64,000 bases of DNA from an uncultured Chloroflexia bacterium (GCA_963817095.1 CAWFND010000002.1:34841-98840), one strand, 5' to 3'; shown: positions 41,644 through 51,147, numbered from the stretch's first letter. A program made the numbers and translations. The notes: a model not told the origin generated them from the letters alone.

Positions 41644-42839
41644 TCACTGCCGGGCGCGCGTTGGCCGGCTCGCCCGGACGGCGACCAGCACGAGACCGAT
41701 CGCGAGCCAGACGAGCGGCAGGAAGGCGATCGCGACGGCCGCGACGACGAGGGCGGCGGCGACCAGCAGCCGGACCGCGGCCGAACGCCGGACCGCCGTG
41801 GCTGCGAAGCAGGGCGACCAGCCCGAACGGCAGCATCGCCGACGGGTAGTGGAACCAGGTGACCGGCAGCGTGGCCAGGGAGGCGGCGGCGGCCCAGCCG
41901 AAGCGCTCGACCGGGTCGCCGCCACGGCGGCCGGCGACGACCGACACGACGATGACCGCGAGCGTCACGCCGATCTGCGCAGTGCGCGCGAACCGGTCGT
42001 CCGCGCCGAGGAGGAGCGCCAGCTGGGCCGCGGGGCCGGCGTTCCGCGGATCGACGAGGTCGGCGTTGCTGCCGGCCCGGATCACCGCGAGGTAGTCGGT
42101 CCAGGGCGTGATCCCCCAGACCACGACGCTGACCGCGAGGAGGGCGATACCGACGAGGACGGCGACGAGGAGCGCGCGAGCGCTCGCCCGGTCGCCGCCG
42201 ACCGTGCGGGTCCCGAACCACACGCCGAGCGATGCCGGGTGGAGCTTGGCGATCGACGCGGTCGCGAGGGCGAGCCCGCCGGCCCGCTGGCTGGCGGAGG
42301 TGGTCCCCGGCGCCACCGCGAGGAGCATCGCCCCGTAGAGCAGCGGGAAGAACACGTCGAGGTTGCCGAACAGCAGCCCGATCGCGAACGGGAAGCAGAG
42401 TGGGGCGAGGGCGACGACCGGGACGACGACCGAGCGCGTCGAGAGGTCCGGGGCGAACCGCCTGCCGAGCGCCGCGGCGACCGCGGCGAGTCCCGCGACG
42501 GCAGCCGCGCCCCAGGCAAGGAGCATCACCGGTGACGGGATCGGCGCGAAGAGCGCCATCGCCTGGGCGACGACGGGTGGGTACGAGTAGAAGAGGCTCT
42601 CGGCGACCGGCGCAGTGCCGGCGACGAGCGCCGGGTCATAGGGCGATCGGCCGGCGGCGACGTCGCGGCCAGCCCGGAGGAGGAGCTCCAGGTCGAAGCC
42701 GGCCTTCGGCGGTGTCGCGGCATACAGCGTCGCCCCGAGCCAGAGCAGTCCGAGCCAGCCGACGATCCCGAGGACGACGAGGGCCCCGCGTGGCGACGGA
42801 CCGCGTGGCAGCCGGGCGGATCGCCAGCTCGTCGGTCAT
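41644..42839 (-). pseudogene. GT87/DUF2029-like membrane protein, two frame breaks
   Basis: ATG 42839 forms an ATGA overlap with the upstream stop. The N-terminus MTDELAIRPAATRSVATR is followed, after the C4 run 42784-42787, by ALVVLGIVGWLG..GFDLELLLRAGRDVAAGRSPYD..LFYSYPP..SIAKLHPA. The tail is in the frame of ORF 41644..41925. Confidence 0.7.
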
Positions 42840-43708
42840 CGGTCGTCCGGGTCGCGGGCGGCGGCGACGAGGCTGGACAGCTGGTACAGGAGGAGGCGGG
42901 GCGACGCCAGGACCGAGAGGGTCACCGCGGCGGCCCAGCCGTAGCGGCGCGGGGCCGCCCAGATCGCGAACGCCGTGCCCGCGACGACGAGCGCGGCCCA
43001 CAGCACCGGCGAGAAGGCGTAGGGCGACAACGAGACGACGCTGCCGACCTGGTCGAGCCGGAGGAACGACAGGTAGGCGATCGTGTCCGCTGGGGCGAGG
43101 ACCAGCTGGAATGCGATCAGGCCGGCCATCGATGCCGCGAGCCAGCCGAGGGCCTTCCAATCCCGGCGACCCAGCCACCAGACCGCGGCGAGGATCGGGA
43201 AGACCTTCAGGTTCGCCGCGATCGCGATCGCCCACGGCATCCCGAGTGCGAGGAACAGCGTCACCGCGACCTGCGCCTGGCCGATGACGAGGCTCCAGCC
43301 GGTCGGGAGCGCGAGGGCGCAGACGAGGAACAGGCTGAGCGGCCGGCGGAGGTCGAGCCGGATCAGGGTCGCCGCGAACATCACGGCGAGGACCGCCATC
43401 CAGATCGCCGCGGCGACACCGAACGGGAGCAGGGCGAGCGGCCGGAAGAGGATCGCGAGGAGCGGCGGGTAGCGGTAGAAGGCCGCCTCGTCCACGCCCG
43501 CGGGCTGGTCGTACAGCGGCTGTCCGGCGTTCAAACGGGCGCCCGCGTCGTAGTACGCATGGACGTCGGCGAGGGGATCGCTCAGGAGGTGGAGGACCAC
43601 GGTCTCGACGCCGAGGGCGATCCCGACGATCATCGCCAGGCGGAGGACGAGGCGGACCCGAGGCGTCGCCCACACGGCGGGACGACCCGAGCGGATGTCG
43701 CTGGTCAC
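42836..43708 (-). CDS. GT87/DUF2029-like membrane protein
   Basis: Intact 290 aa: DVHAYYDAGARLNAGQPLYD, FYRYPPLLA, AIAANLKVFPILAAVWW. Confidence 0.75.
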   Translation of the reverse strand: MTSDIRSGRPAVWATPRVRLVLRLAMIVGIALGVETVVLHLLSDPLADVHAYYDAGARLNAGQPLYDQPAGVDEAAFYRYPPLLAILFRPLALLPFGVAAAIWMAVLAVMFAATLIRLDLRRPLSLFLVCALALPTGWSLVIGQAQVAVTLFLALGMPWAIAIAANLKVFPILAAVWWLGRRDWKALGWLAASMAGLIAFQLVLAPADTIAYLSFLRLDQVGSVVSLSPYAFSPVLWAALVVAGTAFAIWAAPRRYGWAAAVTLSVLASPRLLLYQLSSLVAAARDPDDR

Positions 43709-43820
43709 CGGGCCATCCTAGCGGCGCCCGGCGGCTCGACAGGGGACCGAACGACGCCGCCGGGGTGGCCCATTCGTACTGGTCGGAGGGCCCGGGGGGC
43801 GGTGCTACGCTGCACCGGCC

Positions 43821-45498
43821 GTGCGGATCCCGATCCTTCTCTATCTGCTCGCGCTCGTCGTCCGGATCGGATTGGTGATCCTCTACCCCGACCCGGCGTA
43901 CCCCGATTCCTACTACTACGTCGACGTGGCGCGCGCCCTCGCCGCCGGCCACGGGCTGAACCTCGACTTCATCTGGATCTTCGCCGAAGTCGGCAACAGG
44001 ATCCCGGCCAACCCCGTCCTGCCGATCCCCGGCAATGCCCACTGGCTGCCGCTCGCGTCGTTCCTCCAGGCGCCGTTCATCGCGGTCCTCGGCCCCACGA
44101 CCCTTGCCTCCGCGATCCCGACGGTCCTCATCGGCTCGATCACCGCGCCGCTGGCGTGGTTCATCGCCCGCGACGCCGGTTCGCTCAAGGCTGTCGGCAT
44201 CGGAGCCGGCGTCCTCTGCGCGATCCCCGCGGCCGGTGCCGTCTTCATGGCCCAGCCCGAGAACTTCGCGATCCTCCAGCCGCTCGTCGCGGCAACGATC
44301 TGGATGACGGTCCGGGGCCTGAAGGGCAGCACGCGCTCCTACGTCGCCGCGGGCTTCCTCGTCGGGCTCGCATCCCTCGCCCGGAACGACGGCTTCATCC
44401 TCGGCCTCGCGGTGGGCCTCGTGTTCGTGTGGGACCGCGGCCGCTCCTGGCTGTCCCGCGGCGCGACGCCGCCCCGGCTGCCGTGGCGGGCGGCCTTCGG
44501 CTGCCTGGCGCTCTACCTCGTCGTCATGGTGCCGTGGTTCGCCCGGCAGCTGGCCACGTTCGGCTCGATCTCGCCGACCACGTCCGGCGGCAGCGCGCTC
44601 TGGATCCGGACGATCCAGGAGTGGAACAGCATCACCGCGGATCCGTCCCTCGCGAAGTTCCTGGCCCAGGGCCCGGGCCCGATCATCGCGTCGCGGGTCG
44701 GCGGGCTGCTGTCGGCGATCGGCAACTTCGCGGTGATCATCTGCTCGGTCGTCCTCGTCCCGTTCCTGCTCGTGGGCGCGTGGCTCCGGCGACGCTCGAT
44801 CGACTTCGGGCCGTGGTTCCTCTACACGTTCCTCGTCTTCCTCGGGGCGACGTTCCTCTACCCGCTCCACGTCCCGGGCGGCGCGTTCATCCACTCGGCG
44901 GTCGGGCTCGAGGCCTACGCCTACATCCTGGCCCTCGAGGGCGTCGCTGCGCTCGTGATGTGGATCGCCCGGCGCCGGCCCAACTGGAACCCGAAGACCG
45001 CCGTCCCGCTGTTCGTCGGGGCGGTGGTGATCTTCGTCGTCGCGACCGCGCCGCTCTATGCGGTCGCCCTGGGCTCCGCGTGGAGCGAGAGCCGCGCCCC
45101 GCGGGTCGCGCTGGCGAACCAGATGGCCAGCCTCGGCGTCGGTCCGGACGACCGACTGCTCACGATCGACAGCGCGGGCCTGAAGTACTTCACCGGCCGC
45201 CCCGGGATCGTGACGCCCGACGACCCGATCGAGACGATCGAGCAGGTGGCGCGCGCGTACGGCACGCGCTGGCTCGTCCTCGAGCGCGACGACATCGTCC
45301 GGTCGCTGGCGCCGATCCTCGCCGGCGGCACGCGCCCATCCTGGGTCGGGGCCGCCGGTGTTCGTCGTCCCCGCGGCCGATGGCGGGCCGGCCCGGCTCG
45401 CGCTGTTCCCGATCTGCCTCGACAACAGCGATGACCGCTGCGCCGGAGGCCCGACGCTCGCCGGCGGTCCGATCCTCGCGGACGCGCGTCGCCCGTGA
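43821..45498 (+). pseudogene. Large GT-C (ArnT/PMT_2-like) glycosyltransferase, one frame break near the 3' end
   Basis: YPDSYYYVDVARALAAGHGL..., SLARNDGFILG. Removing one G from the G4 run at 45348-45351 gives ...SWVGPPVFVVPAADGGPARLALFPICLD..ARRP, with a stop forming a GTGA overlap with GTG 45495. Confidence 0.8.
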
Positions 45499-47120
45499 CC
45501 CGCCGCGAGGCGGTGCTGTCGGCCGCGGTCATCTTCGTCATCGCGCTGGCGATCCGCTGGTACGCTGCGAGCCTCGTCGTGTTCCCGAAGCCGGAGGACA
45601 CGGCTTACTACGTCGACGTCGCCCGCAACCTCCTCGGCGGCCGTGGCCTCGTCAGCGACTCGCTGTGGAGCTTCCAGACCCTGCCGCTCGTCGTGCCGCG
45701 GGCGGCGTTCGAGGTCTGGCTGCCGCTCCCGACGTTCGCAGCGGCCATCCCGATGGCCCTTCTCGGATCGACCTTCGCCGCGGCGCAGGTCAGCTCCGTC
45801 CTCATCGGTGCGCTGGTGCCCGTCCTTGCCTGGCGGCTCGCCGCGGACGTCGCCGAGGAGCGGGCCCTGCCCCAGGGCCGGGCGCGGACCCTCGCAATCG
45901 GGACGGGGATCACGGCGGCCGTCTCGCTGCCGCTCATCCTCCATTCCGCGCTGCCCGACTCGACCATGCCCTTCGCCGTTCTGACCCTGGCGGCGTGCCT
46001 GCTGATGGCGCGGATCCGTCGGGCGATCGTGGCGGACGGCTCGACAACGGCAGTGACCCGGCGGTTGGTCGGCCTTGGAGCGATCCTCGGTCTCGCCGCA
46101 CTGACGCGGAACGAGGCGCTCTGGCTGGGCCTCGCCTGGGCGGTGATCGCGGTCACCCTGCCGGTCGCAGCCGGGGATCGCTTCCGCGTGATCGCGGTTC
46201 CGGCGGTCGTGGCGCTGGTCTTGTTCCTCCCCTGGATGATCCGCGACCAGATCGCCTTCGGCAGCCTGCTGCCGGGCCAGGCCCTGAGCAATGCCCTGTC
46301 GCTCGACGGATCGGACATCTTCGCGTGGCAGGACCCACCGACCCTGTCGCGCTATCTCGCCGCCGGCTTGCCCCGTCTCGTGGAGCTGCGGGTGCTCGGG
46401 ATCGGCCACAACCTGTTCGACGTCCTGCTGTTCCCGGGCGCCCCACTGTCGTTCATCGGCCTGATCGGCCTGCCGTGGATCGCCCGCCTGCGGTCCGTCC
46501 AGCCGCTGCTGATCGTCTCGGTCCTGATCTTCGCGATCACGGGGTTGCTCTTCCCCGTGTCGACGACCTGGGGGACGTTCCTCCATGCGGCGGGCGCAAT
46601 CCACGTCCTCATGATCGTCTCGGCCCTCCTCGCCCTCGACGCACTGATCGCCTGGCTGGGCCGGCGGCGCGGCTGGCATCGGCCGGTCGCCTGGCTCGCG
46701 CCGGCCCTCACGGTGTCCGGCGCAATCCTCTTCTCGGTCGTCTTCCTCCCGGCGTTCGGGAGCGGATCGGCGGCGACCGAGCGGACGTTCGCCGCCCTCG
46801 ACACCCGGCTGGCCGGCGCCGGGGTCCCGCTCGGTGGCGAGCAGCCGGTCATCACGGACGCCCCGATCTGGCTCCCCTACGTGGGCGGCGGAACCGCGCT
46901 GGCACTCCCGTTCGAGGCGCCGAGCAGCGTCCTCGACCTCGCCCGGCACTTCGGGGCATCGACGGTCGTGGTCGTGGGCGGGGACCATCCCTTCCCGGCA
47001 AGCGTCGCGGCCGGCGGTGAGGGATCGGACTGCTTCCATGAGGTCGCGCTGCCGGGCAGTCCGCTCCTGTCGAGCGAGGACTCGGACCCGACACGTGTCT
47101 ATCGGGTCTCGTGCCCGTGA
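45495..47120 (+). CDS. Large GT-C (ArnT/PMT_2-like) glycosyltransferase
   Basis: Intact 541 aa: PEDTAYYVDVARNLLGGRGL, ALTRNEALWLG. About 12 TM helices plus a C-terminal soluble part. Confidence 0.8.
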   Translation: MTRREAVLSAAVIFVIALAIRWYAASLVVFPKPEDTAYYVDVARNLLGGRGLVSDSLWSFQTLPLVVPRAAFEVWLPLPTFAAAIPMALLGSTFAAAQVSSVLIGALVPVLAWRLAADVAEERALPQGRARTLAIGTGITAAVSLPLILHSALPDSTMPFAVLTLAACLLMARIRRAIVADGSTTAVTRRLVGLGAILGLAALTRNEALWLGLAWAVIAVTLPVAAGDRFRVIAVPAVVALVLFLPWMIRDQIAFGSLLPGQALSNALSLDGSDIFAWQDPPTLSRYLAAGLPRLVELRVLGIGHNLFDVLLFPGAPLSFIGLIGLPWIARLRSVQPLLIVSVLIFAITGLLFPVSTTWGTFLHAAGAIHVLMIVSALLALDALIAWLGRRRGWHRPVAWLAPALTVSGAILFSVVFLPAFGSGSAATERTFAALDTRLAGAGVPLGGEQPVITDAPIWLPYVGGGTALALPFEAPSSVLDLARHFGASTVVVVGGDHPFPASVAAGGEGSDCFHEVALPGSPLLSSEDSDPTRVYRVSCP

Positions 47121-47128
47121 CCGGCCCG

Positions 47129-47134
47129 TATACT
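47129..47134 (+). promoter_or_regulatory. Candidate -10 box TATACT, 9 nt upstream of ATG 47144
   Basis: cgTATACTccgaagccaATG. Same hexamer and spacing as at 4342..4347. Confidence 0.3.
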
Positions 47135-47143
47135 CCGAAGCCA

Positions 47144-48277
47144 ATGGACGCCGCCCGATCCAGCGACGAGACGCGGGCCGTACGCGACGTGCGGATCGAC
47201 GGGCTGCGCGCGGAGGCGTCCGAGGCGGTCGGCTACAGCGCCAACACGCTCCGCGCCGTCAGCCAGCGCTACCGGACCGCCTATGCCGCCGAGCTCGGCC
47301 GCTGGCAGGTCCTGCGCGACGAGCTGGACGCCGCCGAGCGCTCCGGCGCCGGCGGGCCGCGACACACGGGGGCCGGCGGCGACGGTGACGACCACTCCTC
47401 CGCGTCGGCCGACGCGGCCGCGTTCGCGGCGGAGGTCGGCGCCGAGGACGCCCGGGTCCGGGCGCTCCGGACGGAGGTCGAAGGACTCGGCCGCGAGCTC
47501 GGCCAGCAGCAGACGGGGCTTGCCAAACTGGAGATCGCGCTTCGCAACCTGGAGTCGACGTGGCTCTTCCTGGAGCGGGGTGACTCGAGCCTCGTCACCG
47601 ACAACGAGGGCCTGCCGACCGACATCCAGATGCGGATCGTCGAGGCCCAGGAGTCGGAGCGGTCCCGGCTCGCCCAGGAGGTCCACGACGGTCCGGCCCA
47701 GGTCCTGTCGAACGCGATCTTCCAGGTCGAGTACATCGAGCGCGTGATCGAGACGGACCTCCGGACTGCCACGACAGAGCTGCGCTTCCTGCGCGACCTG
47801 CTGCGCCGGGAGCTCGGGTCGGTCCGGACCTTCATCAGCCAGCTTCGACCGCCCGTCCTCGACGAGCTCGGGCTGGACGGCGCGATCGCCGATGCCATCG
47901 GGCGGGTGACCGCGCTGACGGGCCTCGCGATCAGCTCCGACCTCGCCGCGCCGGCCGAGCGATTGAGCCCGGCCCAGCAGACAGTGGTCCTGCGCGTCCT
48001 GCAGGAAGCGCTGCAGAATGTACGGAAGCACGGCGCGGCCTCGGCCGTCACGGTCGCCAGCGCGATCGACGGTGATGACTGGGTCCTGACCGTCCGCGAC
48101 GACGGCCGTGGCTTCGATGTCGGCGCGGTGGCTGCCCGCGGTCGGCGGAACTTCGGTCTGCAGTTCATGCGTGAGCGAGCCGAACTGATCGGCGCCCAGT
48201 TCGAGGTGCATTCGCGACCGGACGGTGGCACGCTGGTCCGGCTCGCGATCCCGGTGGGAGCAGAGGAGATCAGCTGA
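47144..48277 (+). CDS. Soluble HisKA_3-type sensor histidine kinase with a coiled-coil N-terminus (DegS-like)
   Basis: H-box ERSRLAQEVHDGPAQ, N-box VLQEALQNVRKHG, G1 VRDDGRGFD, G2 NFGLQFMRERA. No TM segment. GTG 47111 is an alternative start. Confidence 0.85.
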   Translation: MDAARSSDETRAVRDVRIDGLRAEASEAVGYSANTLRAVSQRYRTAYAAELGRWQVLRDELDAAERSGAGGPRHTGAGGDGDDHSSASADAAAFAAEVGAEDARVRALRTEVEGLGRELGQQQTGLAKLEIALRNLESTWLFLERGDSSLVTDNEGLPTDIQMRIVEAQESERSRLAQEVHDGPAQVLSNAIFQVEYIERVIETDLRTATTELRFLRDLLRRELGSVRTFISQLRPPVLDELGLDGAIADAIGRVTALTGLAISSDLAAPAERLSPAQQTVVLRVLQEALQNVRKHGAASAVTVASAIDGDDWVLTVRDDGRGFDVGAVAARGRRNFGLQFMRERAELIGAQFEVHSRPDGGTLVRLAIPVGAEEIS

Positions 48278-49014
48278 TGGGTTATTCGGGACCTGAACGT
48301 CGCCGCGGCGGACCTGACCGGCGCGGCGAGGGAGAGCGCACGAGGATCCTGATCGTCGACGACCATGCCCTGTTCCGCGTCGGCATCGCCAACATCCTCG
48401 AGCGCGAACCGGACTTCGAGGTCGTCGGCGAGGCCGACGACAGCCGCTCGGCGATCGACCGATCGCTGGAGACGTCGCCCGACATCATCCTGATGGACCT
48501 CTCGCTCCCGTCCCCGGGCGGCATCGAGACGACCTCGAGGATCAAGCGCGAGCTGCCGTCCACCGGGATCATCGTCCTCGCCGTCTCCGAGGACGAGGAC
48601 GCCCTGTTCGACGCGATCAAGGCGGGCGCAGCGGCGTTCATCCTGAAGGACGTCGGCCCGGACGACCTCGTCACGATCATCCGCCGGGTCGTCTCCGGCG
48701 AGTACCTGATCAACGACAAGGTCTTCTCGAAGCCGGCCGTCGCGTCGCGCGTTCTCAAGGAGTTCCGCGAGCTCGCGGTCTACGGCCAGGAGGCCGCCCC
48801 GATCTTCGCGCCGCTCTCGCCGCGCGAGGTCGAGATCCTCGACAACATCGCCCAGGGCATGACCAACAAGCAGGTCGCCTACGCCCTGTCGATCAGCGAG
48901 CAGACGGTCAAGAACCACATGAGCTCGATCCTCCGGAAGCTCTCCGTGAACGACCGGACCCAGGCCGTCGTGTACGCGATGCGCCAGGGCTGGATCCGGA
49001 TGCCGGAGGACTGA
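48277..49014 (+). CDS. NarL/LuxR-family response regulator
   Basis: REC domain (ILIVDDH, IILMDLSLP) plus a LuxR HTH (LSPREVEILDNIAQGMTNKQVAYALSISEQTVKNHM). The start overlaps the kinase stop (TGATG). Confidence 0.9.
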   Translation: MGYSGPERRRGGPDRRGEGERTRILIVDDHALFRVGIANILEREPDFEVVGEADDSRSAIDRSLETSPDIILMDLSLPSPGGIETTSRIKRELPSTGIIVLAVSEDEDALFDAIKAGAAAFILKDVGPDDLVTIIRRVVSGEYLINDKVFSKPAVASRVLKEFRELAVYGQEAAPIFAPLSPREVEILDNIAQGMTNKQVAYALSISEQTVKNHMSSILRKLSVNDRTQAVVYAMRQGWIRMPED

Positions 49015-49023
49015 TCGGCGCCC

Positions 49024-50270
49024 GTGTCCCCATCCAAGGCCGATCCGTCCGGCGCCACCGGAGCCGCCACCGCCGCTGATCTCGGTGCACGCCTCGAGCT
49101 GGAGATCCACGCCGTCGACGGCGAGCTCGCCGAGATCGACATGCTCGTCAACCAGGCGCGCACCGAGGCGACCCGTCACGAGCTGAAGCGGACCCAGACG
49201 GCCGACAAGCTGGCGGGCGGGGTGAGCCTCCCGCCGGAGGACCTCGTCGCCCTCAACGCCCAGCTGGTGACCCTGACCCGCCGCGCCTCCGTGATGGAGG
49301 CACAGGTCGACGTGCTCGAGGGGAAGCGCAAGACCCTGGCCCGGTTCCACGACGTCCTGGCCGAGCTGTCGGCCGTGTACGGCGGCGTCACGGCATCAGG
49401 AGAGGTGGGCGCGGGACACCGCGGCTCACGGCCGGCAACGGGCCGGCGGACGCCGGGGCGCCGATGAGCCGGATCGTCCTCAACGCCCAGGAGGACCTCC
49501 GCCGCGAGATCGCCCGGGCGATGCACGACGGCCCGGCCCAGAGCCTGACGAACATCGTCCTCCAGGCCCAGATCGTCGAACGCCTCCTCGGCCGGGATCC
49601 TGATGGCGCTCGCGGGGAGCTGCGCCTCCTCGTCCAGATGGTCCAGCAGACGCTCGAGGCCACGAAGACGTTCATCTTCGACGTCCGACCGATGGTCCTC
49701 GACGACCTCGGGCTCGTGCCGACGCTCCGTCGCGCGGCGCGCGAGCGTGGGCGGCGGGCCGGCGTTGCCGTGGAGTTCGATTCGATCGGGGCGGACCACC
49801 GGATCGACGCCGACCTGGAGAGCAGCCTGTTCCGGATCGTCGACGAGGCGCTCGCTGCCTATCTCGCGGCCAACCCGGACCGAGTCGCGGTCCGCCTCGA
49901 CTGGTCGGAGGGCTTGATCGAGGTGGAGGTGAGCGCCCACCGCGCCCCGACGCAGGCCATGGCGGATGCGGATCGCCTCGTGACCGAGACCGTCGAAGCG
50001 GCGGAGACGGCCGGCAAGGACCTCCCGCCGGCGCTCGAGACGATGCTCGAGGACCGCCGGAGCCAGGCCGAGTCCGCCGCCGTGGCGGCGCGGGATGCCG
50101 CCGTGGTGTCGCTGCCGGCGGCGACGTGGCGCGAGATCGAGCAACGAGCCGTCACGACCGGGATCGTGGCCGTGCAATCCGACGGTGGCGCGACGCTCCG
50201 GCTGCGCGTCGAGATCGGGGCCGCGGGAGGCGCGGGGGAGACCGCCGATGCGGTGGCCACGGTCGACTGA
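49024..50270 (+). pseudogene. Second HisKA_3 kinase paralog with a degenerate ATP-binding domain; one frame break
   Basis: The coiled-coil N-terminus is ORF 49024. The H-box part is ORF 49464 (REIARAMHDGPAQ). High GC3 moves into the second frame at ~49415 (..PRLTAGNGPADAGAPMSRIV). N-box Asn and the DxGxG box are absent (IVDEALAAYLAANPDR; VEVSAHRAPT). Confidence 0.65.
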
Positions 50271-50428
50271 GCCCGGAGCCGGGTCCGACGCTTGGGCAGG
50301 GCCTCATCGAGTACGGGCTGATCCTGTCGCTGTCGGCGCTCCTGGCGGTCGTCCTGCTGGTGTTCTTCGGCGGGACGCTGAGCGCGCTGCTCCAGGTCGT
50401 CGGCGACGCGATCGACGCCGCAAGCTGA
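50239..50428 (+). CDS. Divergent Flp/Fap-type pilin-like ORF; start unresolved
   Basis: ...GQGLIEYGLILSLSALLAVVLLVFFGGTLSALLQVVGDAIDAAS matches the G/xxxEY pilin signature plus a hydrophobic helix. No in-frame start lies nearby. ATG 50239 is in an adjacent frame, so a possible frame error lies at ~50285. Confidence 0.4.
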
Positions 50429-50565
50429 GGGCAGCCACGCACCGGACGGCCCCACCTCCGGCGGGCCCGGTTGGTACCAAATGGCTAGTGGAGTTCGACG
50501 AAACCCTTTGCCATGATGGCCGCGCCCTCAACCGGGGGTGAGTACTCATCCAGGAGGCTGCCTCA

Positions 50566-50736
50566 ATGGCGCTCGTTCACCAGTTCCTCGCCTCGCTTCG
50601 TCGGGACGAGGAGGGCCAGGGTCTCGCGGAGTACGCGCTGATCCTCGCACTCATCGCGATCGTGGCGATCATCGCCCTGATCTTCCTGGGCACCCAGGTC
50701 TCCACGATCCTGTCGAAGGTCGGCGCGTCGGTCTAG
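50566..50736 (+). CDS. flp: Flp-family type IVb pilin (copy 1)
   Basis: 56 aa: MALVHQFLASLRRDEEGQGLAEYALILALIAIVAIIALIFLGTQVSTILSKVGASV. An aggagg SD lies 8 nt upstream. The ORF is below the track's size cut-off. Confidence 0.9.
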   Translation: MALVHQFLASLRRDEEGQGLAEYALILALIAIVAIIALIFLGTQVSTILSKVGASV

Positions 50737-50757
50737 CCGACTCCCACCGAGACACCT

Positions 50758-50795
50758 GAACCGCCGGGGCCTTCGGGCTCCGGCGGTTCTCTTTG
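50758..50795 (+). terminator. GC-rich hairpin followed by a T-rich tail, after flp copy 1
   Basis: gaaccgccggggcc-ttcg-ggctccggcggttc (14-bp stem with 1 mismatch), then tctctttgt. Confidence 0.6.
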
Positions 50796-50890
50796 TGCTC
50801 CCGGGAGACACGGCGGACGTCGAACGACGCGAGCGTGGATGGTGCGGCGCGGCTCCGCCTAGTCGGCGCAACGCTCATTCATTCGTCTCA

Positions 50891-50920
50891 TTGACACCGC
50901 CGAGGGTTCGCCCGTACGGT
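50891..50920 (+). promoter_or_regulatory. Candidate promoter of flp copy 2 (TTGACA-N18-TACGGT)
   Basis: -35 ttgaca at 50891-50896 and -10 tacggt at 50915-50920. Sibling promoters occur before copies 3 and 4. Confidence 0.5.
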
Positions 50921-50976
50921 GGCGCCCGCCTTCGGCTCCGGCCGGGGAGCTCTCGAGGAAAGGAGGTATTGCCCAC

Positions 50977-51147
50977 ATGACGTTCTTCACCGCACTCATG
51001 TCGTCCCTTCGTCGGGACGAGGAAGGCCAGGGTCTCGCCGAGTACGCGCTGATCCTCGCCCTCATCGCGATCGTCGCGATCATCGCCCTCATCTTCCTTG
51101 GCACGCAGGTCAGCACGATCCTGTCGAAGGTCGGCGCCTCCGTCTAG
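50977..51147 (+). CDS. flp: Flp-family type IVb pilin (copy 2)
   Basis: MTFFTALMSSLRRDEEGQG then LAEYALILALIAIVAIIALIFLGTQVSTILSKVGASV. An aaggagg SD lies upstream. Confidence 0.9.
   Translation: MTFFTALMSSLRRDEEGQGLAEYALILALIAIVAIIALIFLGTQVSTILSKVGASV

Noticed and set aside
4471-45351. Programmed ribosomal frameshifting or phase variation at the G/C runs
   Set aside because: The runs are only 3-5 nt long, lack slippery heptamers or stimulatory structures, occur in many unrelated genes, and go in both directions (+1 and -1). Consensus error or ordinary mutation explains them more simply.
42636-47144. 1502-aa minus-strand ORF, the longest in the track
   Set aside because: It is Arg/Asp/Pro/Gly-rich low-complexity sequence lying antisense to four well-supported membrane-protein genes. 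This is a typical high-GC shadow ORF. Only its last ~20 codons (MTDELAIRPAATRSVATR) are real, as the N-terminus of gene 41644..42839.
49024-49467. A stand-alone 147-aa coiled-coil protein ending in an ATGA overlap with ORF 49464
   Set aside because: Its last ~20 codons are Arg/Gly-rich with poor GC3, while the frame of ORF 49464 is already coding-like from ~49419. The paralogous kinase at 47144 has the same coiled-coil plus H-box layout in one polypeptide. A two-gene reading remains possible.
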